A DNA stretch of 64,000 bases from the NCBI GenBank assembly GCA_037127955.1, contig JBAXXI010000001.1, positions 73,217 through 137,216 on the forward strand. The letters run 5' to 3'. The notes under the pieces were generated by a model that worked only from the letters and a program-made list of their open reading frames with translations, did not search any database and was not told where the DNA came from. The first letter of the stretch is position 1, and the number at the start of each line of letters is the position of its first letter. Of the stretch, positions 27,807 to 35,351 are shown in pieces. Source of the DNA: Candidatus Berkelbacteria bacterium. GTDB taxonomy: Bacteria; Patescibacteriota; UBA1384; UBA12157. Made by a program: the position numbers and the translations under genes.

Positions 27807-27882
27807 AGTGCACCTCCATAATTTTTATACAAAATTCCGCGACAAGCGGAAGCTTGGCTATATTTTGACGTAATTTAGGCAT
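27799..27882 (-). CDS. leader mini-ORF (27 aa, MPKLRQNIAKLPLVAEFCIKIMEVHFA) whose N-terminus mimics the downstream galT-like protein and whose stop overlaps its TTG start
   Basis: SD AGGAGGG then ATG. First 8 codons encode MPKLRQNI, as in the downstream gene, using different synonymous codons. Contains palindromic motif B (GCCAAGCTTCCGCTTGTCGCGGAATTT). Confidence 0.4.
   Translation of the reverse strand: MPKLRQNIAKLPLVAEFCIKIMEVHFA
27832..27864 (-). promoter_or_regulatory. palindromic motif B copy 1 (minus strand GCCAAGCTTCCGCTTGTCGCGGAATTT) in the galT leader
   Basis: Inverted repeat TTCCGC/GCGGAA with a 5-nt spacer. Near-identical copies at 46215-46244 and 46325-46354. Confidence 0.6.
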
Positions 27883-27909
27883 ATGCCCTCCTATAAAATA
27901 TAAATAAAT

Positions 27910-28425
27910 TTACTCTTGGATTTCTTCCGAAACATACTTATGAAAATGAGCCATGGCTACTGCCAGAGCATCGGCCGCATCATCAAAACCATCTTTCTTG
28001 CCACCACTGACCGAGGCTTCCGGAAAAGCTTTTTTCACTTCTTCCACTACCTGTTTTTTATCTGATCGGCCATAACCCGTCACCGCCATCTTCACCTGCA
28101 TCGGCGTATATTCATAAGTCTGGTGCATCATGCCATTTTGACCACAGGCCAAAAGGATAACCCCGCGAGCTTCGGAAATTTTCATGACTGTTTTTTGATT
28201 ATTAAACATAAATAAAAGTTCAAGCGAAACCTGGTCTGGCTTATAATCTACAATCAAATTACTCACATTTCGAAAAACCGTCATCAACCGTTCCTGAGTA
28301 TTAGTCAACTTGTCGCTTTCAATACAGCCATGGGCAACATAGGCCACTTTACCATCTTTTTTATCTACATCAATCACACCCCAACCGCAACGTGTCGTTC
28401 CTGGATCAATTCCTAAAATTCGCAA
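27910..28425 (-). CDS. ruvC: crossover junction endodeoxyribonuclease RuvC
   Basis: MRILGIDPGTTRCGWGVI and a conserved acidic catalytic residue pattern. Confidence 0.9.
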   Translation of the reverse strand: MRILGIDPGTTRCGWGVIDVDKKDGKVAYVAHGCIESDKLTNTQERLMTVFRNVSNLIVDYKPDQVSLELLFMFNNQKTVMKISEARGVILLACGQNGMMHQTYEYTPMQVKMAVTGYGRSDKKQVVEEVKKAFPEASVSGGKKDGFDDAADALAVAMAHFHKYVSEEIQE

Positions 28426-28574
28426 AGTCCCTCCGCTCTACCTTAATTAAATTAAAATGTTGAGCGCCCTCCGTAGCTCATAGAGCGAAGGATGGGCTAG
28501 TCATGAATGAATAACGAATAATCTAAATCACTAATCACGAATAAAAAAATATTAGTCATTCGTCATTTAGCTAA

Positions 28575-29327
28575 TTAGTTATCCATTTTTGTTATCAAAT
28601 CTTCCGGTATATCAAAGTTAACATAAATCCCTGTCACATCATCAAGAGAGTCCAGCAGGTCCATCAGGTTCAATAGTTTTTCAGCTACAGCCTTATCTTC
28701 TAGTTTAATAATATCTTTAGCTTCCCAAGAAAAACTAACTTCTTCAGCTTTTATGCCTTGGGCTTCTAGGGCTTTGTGAACTTGGTCGAGCTCAGTCGGT
28801 TTAGTAAAAATAGCCAAACTATCACCTTCTTCGGCGAAATTTTCGCTCCCTGCATCAATCGCAGCTAGCTCTATATCTTCAATGTTTTTATCAACTAGTG
28901 AAACGAGTATTTTTCCAAATTTACCAAACTGGTAACTCACGGCCCCGGCAGAGGCAAATTTGACCCCAAACTTATTTAAAGTATTTTTTACATCTGGTGT
29001 TGTTCGGTTTTTATTATCGGTCGCGGCTTCAATTAAAAGACCTGTACCGTTTGGCCCAATGGCCTCGTACATCACTTCTTCAATCACGGCACCAGCAATT
29101 TCACCCGTACCACGCTTGATGGCGCGCTCAATATTGTCTTTCGGCATCAATCCAGCTTTAGCTTTTTCAATCGCCATTTTCAAAGTAAAATTTGAATCAG
29201 GATTACCGCCACCGTTTTTAGCCGCCACAATAACTGCGTTAGCGAGTCTCGAAAAAGAAGCGCTACGCTTTACATCGCTGGCACCTTTGGCTCGTTTAAT
29301 TTTGGACCATTTTGAATGACCACTCAT
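28575..29327 (-). CDS. yebC: YebC/PmpR family probable transcriptional regulator
   Basis: MSGHSKWSKIKRAKGASDVKRSASFSRL. The conserved yebC-ruvC gene order is present. Confidence 0.9.
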   Translation of the reverse strand: MSGHSKWSKIKRAKGASDVKRSASFSRLANAVIVAAKNGGGNPDSNFTLKMAIEKAKAGLMPKDNIERAIKRGTGEIAGAVIEEVMYEAIGPNGTGLLIEAATDNKNRTTPDVKNTLNKFGVKFASAGAVSYQFGKFGKILVSLVDKNIEDIELAAIDAGSENFAEEGDSLAIFTKPTELDQVHKALEAQGIKAEEVSFSWEAKDIIKLEDKAVAEKLLNLMDLLDSLDDVTGIYVNFDIPEDLITKMDN

Positions 29328-29383
29328 ATTTTAATCTCATAATATTATTTATTACCTACTCGAATTGTACCAGATAGCGTGAA

Positions 29384-29414
29384 TAAAAAAAAGACCCTGT
29401 TTAAAACAGGGTCT
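29384..29414 (-). terminator. rho-independent terminator after the small Cys-rich gene
   Basis: AGACCCTGTTtaaAACAGGGTCT with a T-run on the minus strand. Confidence 0.6.
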
Positions 29415-29423
29415 GAAGCAAAA

Positions 29424-29690
29424 TTATTTGCTCCGTAGACGGCGACGCTCAGCCTTACGGTAATCGTGCATTTCGACATGGTCCATAGGCTTAGGACTTT
29501 TGGTCGAATAACTAAAAACGCCCGGCATTCGAACAGTATATGTTGTTTTGCATATACAACAATCATATTCGTAAACTACTGTACCACCATCACCCAATGA
29601 TTCTTTGATACGCAATACATCTGGATAATAATGGCCGCAGTGACAAGGCTCCTGACCTCTAAAATAAGGCCCGCCAATTTCTTCACTCAT
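29424..29690 (-). CDS. small Cys-rich protein (CHC ... CCIC), possible zinc-binding, hypothetical
   Basis: Intact 88-aa ORF. Basic C-terminus RKAERRRLRSK. Confidence 0.45.
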   Translation of the reverse strand: MSEEIGGPYFRGQEPCHCGHYYPDVLRIKESLGDGGTVVYEYDCCICKTTYTVRMPGVFSYSTKSPKPMDHVEMHDYRKAERRRLRSK

Positions 29691-29705
29691 GGTTGCCCCC
29701 CAAAT

Positions 29706-29984
29706 TTAAGGTACTAATACATCCGTAACAAATGGAGTAATAGTGTAAAAACCCTGGCGAATCCCACGCAAATCAATTGCTAATGATTTATCATGAGGCG
29801 TAAGGTCTTCGACTTTAACCGCAGGAGTTCCTTCGCTGGTATGTTTGTTGATACCGTTTACCACAGCTAATTCAACTGTTGTAAATATACCAATTTCTTC
29901 AAAAACTAATCCTGCATCTCTGGTATGGTAGCCATACCTTAAAAGGTAAGAATACATTGCTTTACCTCCTTTACTGGTTTTCAA
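29706..29984 (-). CDS. hypothetical protein (83-92 aa)
   Basis: Intact ORF, co-oriented and adjacent to the Cys-rich ORF. Confidence 0.4.
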   Translation of the reverse strand: MKTSKGGKAMYSYLLRYGYHTRDAGLVFEEIGIFTTVELAVVNGINKHTSEGTPAVKVEDLTPHDKSLAIDLRGIRQGFYTITPFVTDVLVP

Positions 29985-30170
29985 TGTAAACCGATTTTAA
30001 CAGATTTTTAACCAAATGTCAATACAATACAAAACAAATTAATCAAAAAAAGATCATTCTTAAGTATTGACAAGACTTGTTTTATGAAATCTTAAGATGT
30101 ATATTTTAAATGTGTTAACTAATATAAAAAATAATGCCCAGAGAAAAAGTTAGGGCAAAAAGGAGGCAAG

Positions 30171-30476
30171 ATGTCAGAGTTAGAACAAGAAAATAAAGAT
30201 ATGGGACCAGGCGTAGGCCCAGACGGAAATTTTGAAAACAAAACAGCCGCAACAACCCCAGTTTCTGTATTTGCAGCAGAAAGAGCAAAATACGGTCCAG
30301 AAGATGGATTTAACAAATTGACTGACGAAGAAAACGCCAAATATTATGCAGAGGCACTTGATCTACCAGTCAGCGATAAATACAATGAAGACATAGCAAA
30401 AGCACAAGCTGAATATGCAGAAATGTCACCTGCCGCTCAAGAAATGGTTAATAAATATCGCAATCAAAAACAATAA
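30171..30476 (+). CDS. hypothetical acidic protein (101 aa)
   Basis: Strong SD AAAAGGAGG then ATG. Confidence 0.5.
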   Translation: MSELEQENKDMGPGVGPDGNFENKTAATTPVSVFAAERAKYGPEDGFNKLTDEENAKYYAEALDLPVSDKYNEDIAKAQAEYAEMSPAAQEMVNKYRNQKQ

Positions 30477-30477
30477 T

Positions 30478-31341
30478 TTATAATCCGGTTTTTACCCAAT
30501 AATTAAGACCATCTGAATTTATTTCGATGGTCTTATTTTGATCAGTGCGGTAAATTTGGGCGGCTATAGACTTAAGATAATCGATGGTAATTTGATGCGG
30601 GTGGCCATAAGTATTTTTAGCACCAACCTCGATTACCGCGATATTTGGGCGCGCAATTTTATACAAATCTTCATTGAGCGCATTTTGCGACCCATGATGA
30701 CCAACTTTAACCACATTGGTTGGTTTAATTTGATTTAGAATTTGAGTTTGAGAATTTTTTTCCAAATCAGCCAGAAAAAGGGAACTGAAACCTCGGTAAT
30801 CTAGTTGGGTCACGACCGACGCATTATTAACATTGTCCATTTTTGTATTTTTTAAATCCAGTAGGGGAGAGAGAACCGAAATTTTGACCTCGCCGAAACT
30901 GCGCGTTTTTCCGACTTTCACGAACTCGTCTTTGATTTTTTCTTGACTGATAATTTGCGCAAATGCGGTATAGGCCGCCGACGGATAGTCTACCCCACTC
31001 TCCCAGATTTCCTGAACCTTATACCTCCTTAAAACGCTGACTAGTCCATTCAAATGATCGGCATGCGGATGAGTTAAAACCACTAAACTAATCTCGCGGT
31101 CGCCAAAATCCATGACTTTCCCCAACTCGGTCAGAACCGAATCATCTGGCCCACCGTCGATTAGGATATCGTTGCCATCAGGCGTTTTTATATACTGGCT
31201 ATCCCCTTGTCCCACATCTAAAAAATAAACTTTTAAATTCTTCTCGCTAGTATCGGCTTTGTAATTTGAAAATACCCCGGCCCAAACTAGTACGGCGACG
31301 ACGATAAGTGAGGCGAATAAAAGTTGTAATTTATGCTTCAT
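30478..31341 (-). CDS. ComEC-associated metallo-beta-lactamase domain protein with N-terminal signal/TM
   Basis: MBL motif VLTHPHADHLNGL. Start ATG overlaps the stop of the upstream ComEC membrane ORF (ATGAAGCATAA). Confidence 0.7.
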   Translation of the reverse strand: MKHKLQLLFASLIVVAVLVWAGVFSNYKADTSEKNLKVYFLDVGQGDSQYIKTPDGNDILIDGGPDDSVLTELGKVMDFGDREISLVVLTHPHADHLNGLVSVLRRYKVQEIWESGVDYPSAAYTAFAQIISQEKIKDEFVKVGKTRSFGEVKISVLSPLLDLKNTKMDNVNNASVVTQLDYRGFSSLFLADLEKNSQTQILNQIKPTNVVKVGHHGSQNALNEDLYKIARPNIAVIEVGAKNTYGHPHQITIDYLKSIAAQIYRTDQNKTIEINSDGLNYWVKTGL

Positions 31342-32815
31342 TTATAATTTTCTTCTTATTATTAACCATAATAATTATTAGTATGTAGTATATTGGTATC
31401 CACCACCACTCGACGGTTTTGTAAGCTAAGGCCGCCCACGGGATGTTCGAGAAAGTTTCCACCACTACTATTATATACTTAAGTAGAATCCAGGCGAGGG
31501 CGGCCAGCCATTTCCCCAGTTCCAACCAAATTAAACCGCCAATACCAGCCACAAATCCAAGTAACATCGAAAGCGGCACAAATGGTAAAACCAAGATATT
31601 CACGAGCGGCGCTACTACCGATATAATGCCGAAATTGTAAATAATAATTGGTAAAACCGCGATTTGCGCGCCCATAGTTTCGGTAAATATAGCGCCAATA
31701 AACTTTGGGAGCTTTATAAATTTCAACCAACTTTCAAGTACAGGCGAGATATACATCAGCCCCGCAAAAGCCAAAAACGAAAGTTGAAACGACACATCGC
31801 CTAAAAGCTGGTGCGGATTAAAAAGCAACATGACTGACGCCGTAAATAGTATCAAAATTAAGTGATTAGCGCGGCGTCCTTCCAACCTTCCCCAAGCCAC
31901 TAACCCACCTAAAAGTCCAGCGCGTACCACCGAGGCTGACCCGCCGGTCATTATGACAAATATAAAAATGCAGGCCAAACTAGCCCAAAAAGAAACTTTG
32001 CGACCAAAACCCACAAAAGCCAAAGCGAGAATGGATATGATAATAGTCACATTGTACCCACTAACCGCCACAATGTGCGTTGTCCCAGTTCGGTTAAATG
32101 CGCTAGTTAATGAATCAGGAATTTGCGTCGTTCTGTTACCCAATAAAAGTCCAGCCTGAAACGACGCGTACGGCTCCGGCAAAATCTTCGCTAGTATCTC
32201 TTGAAAACTTCCGCCAATACTATAAACAATTTTGATAATTTTCTTATCCAGATGCTCCCACCTCTTGCACCTTGGAGGTGCAAGAGCGATGACATTTTCT
32301 GGATTTTTGACTATACCCAAGATGTTTTTGTCGAGTAGATACCGACCATAATCAAAATTATCGATCATTTTGATTTTTAAAGGATCTTCGATTTTTCCGC
32401 GAAAGCGCAAAACCTGACCATAGCTGTATTCTGGATAGCGCGGTAAATCCACTTGAATTTTGCTCCGCCCACCGGCGGATTCGTATTTTAATACAACTTG
32501 TATTTTAGTCGGGGCGATTTTCGGTTGACCCACAATTTCGCCTGTTATAACCATTTCCTTATCATAAATCGGCTTATTTTGAATTTGGTTTTGTATGTAA
32601 AAATTTGTGTAAAACAAACCCAGAATTAAACCCAAACTACAAAAAAGCGCTAAACGCACCCAGATTCGAGACCAAAAAATGTATATTGATATCGCGATAA
32701 TTAATATTAGTAAACCAGTAATCCATAAGTTTAAAGTCAGCCACTCGGCCACAAAAATCCCGACTAAAAAACCCGCCAAAGTCCCAATCGTGAATTTTGA
32801 GCGACCAACTTGCAT
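31331..32815 (-). CDS. comEC: ComEC/Rec2 competence membrane channel protein (membrane portion, about 10 TM helices)
   Basis: Polytopic membrane protein with a DUF4131-like N-terminus and the competence domain pattern. Followed by a separate MBL-domain ORF. Confidence 0.7.
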   Translation of the reverse strand: MQVGRSKFTIGTLAGFLVGIFVAEWLTLNLWITGLLILIIAISIYIFWSRIWVRLALFCSLGLILGLFYTNFYIQNQIQNKPIYDKEMVITGEIVGQPKIAPTKIQVVLKYESAGGRSKIQVDLPRYPEYSYGQVLRFRGKIEDPLKIKMIDNFDYGRYLLDKNILGIVKNPENVIALAPPRCKRWEHLDKKIIKIVYSIGGSFQEILAKILPEPYASFQAGLLLGNRTTQIPDSLTSAFNRTGTTHIVAVSGYNVTIIISILALAFVGFGRKVSFWASLACIFIFVIMTGGSASVVRAGLLGGLVAWGRLEGRRANHLILILFTASVMLLFNPHQLLGDVSFQLSFLAFAGLMYISPVLESWLKFIKLPKFIGAIFTETMGAQIAVLPIIIYNFGIISVVAPLVNILVLPFVPLSMLLGFVAGIGGLIWLELGKWLAALAWILLKYIIVVVETFSNIPWAALAYKTVEWWWIPIYYILIIIMVNNKKKIINEA

Positions 32816-32849
32816 AGTTCTATTTTAACACAATTCAGGGGCTCTGCTC

Positions 32850-32878
32850 TTGACTTTTGCCTCGTTTTATGGTATACT
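32850..32878 (+). promoter_or_regulatory. sigma70-like promoter TTGACT-17-TGgTATACT, followed by the perfect 17-bp palindrome TTCTGAATAATTCAGAA (32885-32901)
   Basis: Hexamers and spacing seen directly. The palindrome lies in the operator or leader position. Confidence 0.55.
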
Positions 32879-32936
32879 GGTTAGTTCTGAATAATTCAGA
32901 ATAAATATAGATCCATTTTTATAAGGGGAATAAAAA

Positions 32937-33194
32937 ATGAATTCGTTATTTCAAAGCTTATGCGTGTTAAACATGATGATGCTCAGTTTTATTGTTGGTG
33001 TATTTATTACCCAACAAAACGACATCAAATGTCTTCCAAGCCTACCAACTATCGAGAGTTGGCCATGGTACTGGAATGTACCAGATTTCTATTGGTTTTT
33101 GGCCATGGGAATATTCCTGTTAGCTGGAATAATATTCCGACTCGCAGCGATAAATACCCAGCCCAAAAAACTTTCTGATGGTCCGGTCAAATAA
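32937..33194 (+). CDS. small two-TM membrane protein (hypothetical)
   Basis: Promoter upstream, terminator downstream, hydrophobic segments. Confidence 0.45.
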   Translation: MNSLFQSLCVLNMMMLSFIVGVFITQQNDIKCLPSLPTIESWPWYWNVPDFYWFLAMGIFLLAGIIFRLAAINTQPKKLSDGPVK

Positions 33195-33221
33195 GACCGA
33201 CTATCAAAAACTAAATATAAC

Positions 33222-33251
33222 AGCCCCGCGTTTTCGCGGGGTTTGTTTTTT
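33222..33251 (+). terminator. rho-independent terminator
   Basis: CCCCGCGttttCGCGGGG followed by TTTGTTTTTT. Confidence 0.7.
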
Positions 33252-33255
33252 ATTA

Positions 33256-33273
33256 TGTAATGTCTACTTTACA
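33256..33273. promoter_or_regulatory. 18-bp inverted repeat TGTAATGTCTACTTTACA upstream of grpE (candidate heat-shock operator)
   Basis: Differs at one position from the reverse complement of the dnaK-upstream element at 35155-35172. Confidence 0.5.
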
Positions 33274-33328
33274 CAAAGCCCAAATTGTTATATATTTGGC
33301 TTATATAAATATTATATTAAGGAAAAAT

Positions 33329-33823
33329 ATGTCCAAGAAAAAAATAGTTGAAGAACAAATAGAAAATCCTAATACAGAAAATGATAAAGTTGCCGAGCTT
33401 GAAGAGGCCTTAAAACGCTCTTTGGCCGATTTTGATAATTACCGCCGCCGCACGGAAGCACAGAAACTGGAAATGATTAATTTTGCTAAAGCCGATTTTG
33501 TCGCCAAAATCACCCCGGTTTTAGATAATTTTAGTCGCGCTTTTACTCATGTCGACATGAACGACCCGGCCATTTCTGGTCTTAAACAAATCGAAAAACA
33601 ACTCGAAGATATATTAGCCCAAGAAGGACTCAAAAGAATTAGTGTTTTAGGCGAATTCAACCCAAATCTGCACGAAGCCATTAGTTACGAAAACAATGCA
33701 GATATCGAAACCGATCATATTATCAGTGAGGCCGAAAGTGGTTGGGAGTTTAACCCCAAAGGGGCCCCAGGGGGCGGCAAAGTCATCAAACCGGCTAAAG
33801 TCAGAGTAAGTAAGGGAAAATAA
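33329..33823 (+). CDS. grpE: nucleotide exchange factor GrpE
   Basis: LADFDNYRRRTEAQKLEMINFAKADF and VLDNFSRAF. Start at MSKKKIV with SD AAGGAAAAAT. Confidence 0.85.
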   Translation: MSKKKIVEEQIENPNTENDKVAELEEALKRSLADFDNYRRRTEAQKLEMINFAKADFVAKITPVLDNFSRAFTHVDMNDPAISGLKQIEKQLEDILAQEGLKRISVLGEFNPNLHEAISYENNADIETDHIISEAESGWEFNPKGAPGGGKVIKPAKVRVSKGK

Positions 33824-33833
33824 GGAGTGTAAA

Positions 33834-34520
33834 ATGAATCGACCAGAAACAACTTTATTTATGCTTGTATCTGTAGACGGTAAAATCTCCACTGGTGACA
33901 ACGATACAATGGATGTTGATAAAGATTATCCAAAAATTGAAGGCGTCAGAGCTGGCTTGCAACAATATTACGATATCGAGCAAACAACTGATTTATATTC
34001 TCTTAACTCAGGACGAGTAATGGCGAAAATGGGTGTTAATGACAAAGAAGATGAACCGAAAAAATCACCAGTTAGCTTTATTGTAATTGACGATTCCCAT
34101 TTGACAGAAAAAGGAGTTCTGTATTTAACAAAAAAATGCCAAAAATTATTTTTGGTAACTGCAAACAAAAATCACCCTGCATTTAATACAGAAGTCGACA
34201 ACTTGGAAATGATTAATTATGAAGATAAAATTGATTTTATTAACTTATTTGAAAAATTAAAAACAAATTATGGCATAGAAAAAATAACTATCCAAACCGG
34301 TGGCACACTTAATTCAATTTTATTAAGAGAGGGCTTAATTGATCATTTGTCGATAGTTATGGCCCCGTGTTTAATAGGTGGGAAGAATACGTCAACCTTA
34401 ATTGATGGTGAATCTTTACACTCGGAAAATGATTTATTAAAAATCAAACCTTTGAAATTAATCGATTGTGAAAAACTTAAAGATTCGTATCTACACTTAA
34501 AATATGATGTTCTAAACTAA
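33834..34520 (+). CDS. RibD C-terminal-domain / DHFR-like reductase family protein
   Basis: LFMLVSVDGKISTGDN and TGGTLNSILLREGLIDHLSIVMAPCLIGG. Confidence 0.65.
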   Translation: MNRPETTLFMLVSVDGKISTGDNDTMDVDKDYPKIEGVRAGLQQYYDIEQTTDLYSLNSGRVMAKMGVNDKEDEPKKSPVSFIVIDDSHLTEKGVLYLTKKCQKLFLVTANKNHPAFNTEVDNLEMINYEDKIDFINLFEKLKTNYGIEKITIQTGGTLNSILLREGLIDHLSIVMAPCLIGGKNTSTLIDGESLHSENDLLKIKPLKLIDCEKLKDSYLHLKYDVLN

Positions 34521-34536
34521 AAATTTCATTTCAAAT

Positions 34537-35076
34537 TTATAATATTTTACTCCAAACAGGTGCATCAGCACCTTGTCCGTAATAATTTTCGGCAATGCCT
34601 ATTCGTTCATAATTTGGGAGCTTGTCATAGAATCCCCAGCCTGTTTCCTTGAATCGTGGGCCACTATTTAGAATAATTTCTGTAAAACCTTGCTTAATAG
34701 CTTCGTTCTCCAGTAAATCAACCAGTGCTCGTCCAATTCCACGTCCGCCTCTTTCGTCAATCCGTACATAAGCATTTATAAGTTCGGCTGGGTTTGAAGT
34801 GCGAGCGAAAGCAATCATTTTTTGGTCAGGATTTTTAAATCCAATCACCCCGACAACTAAACCACCTTCTTCGGCAACAAGATATACACGACTATTACTT
34901 TTATCAATACTCGCTCGCATATTTTGTAGCGTCTCTTCAACCTCGTCCAATAAAGGACTGCTAGTAATTCGATCTTTTATCCATGTTTCAAGAATAGATT
35001 TTATATCAATTAAATCACTCTTTGTTAAAAATCGAATTATTCCGGCGAACTTTTTTGGATTAACTTGAGTAGTCAT
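34537..35076 (-). CDS. GNAT family N-acetyltransferase
   Basis: Acetyl-CoA binding motif RGGRGIGRALV. Confidence 0.75.
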   Translation of the reverse strand: MTTQVNPKKFAGIIRFLTKSDLIDIKSILETWIKDRITSSPLLDEVEETLQNMRASIDKSNSRVYLVAEEGGLVVGVIGFKNPDQKMIAFARTSNPAELINAYVRIDERGGRGIGRALVDLLENEAIKQGFTEIILNSGPRFKETGWGFYDKLPNYERIGIAENYYGQGADAPVWSKIL

Positions 35077-35145
35077 TACTGGCCTCCTTTTACTTATTGA
35101 ATACTTGTATTATATTCCTTGTGTTTTGGATTATCAATTAACTAC

Positions 35146-35174
35146 TTGACAAAATGTAAAGTAGACTTTACATT
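35146..35174 (+). promoter_or_regulatory. dnaK promoter TTGACA-17-TACATT with the 18-bp inverted repeat TGTAAAGTAGACTTTACA (35155-35172) in the spacer/-10 region
   Basis: Seen directly. A repressor-operator-like placement. Confidence 0.5.
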
Positions 35175-35351
35175 ATATTTAGAATGATGTATGATAAAAA
35201 TGTTCAAGTATCAATATTCAATTATCAATTAAATTATAAAATATCAAGTTATAAATATTAAATACTTAAAAAATTACTTACTTGACCATTGATCATTGAT
35301 ATTTGATCATTAAATAATAATATTTCCCCACATGGGGCTAGAGGAGTCTAT

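Noticed and set aside
35100-35351. CIRCE (HrcA) or HAIR (HspR) heat-shock operators upstream of dnaK and grpE
   Set aside because: Neither TTAGCACTC-N9-GAGTGCTAA nor CTTGAGT-N7-ACTCAAG is present. A different 18-bp inverted repeat is present instead and is reported as a finding.
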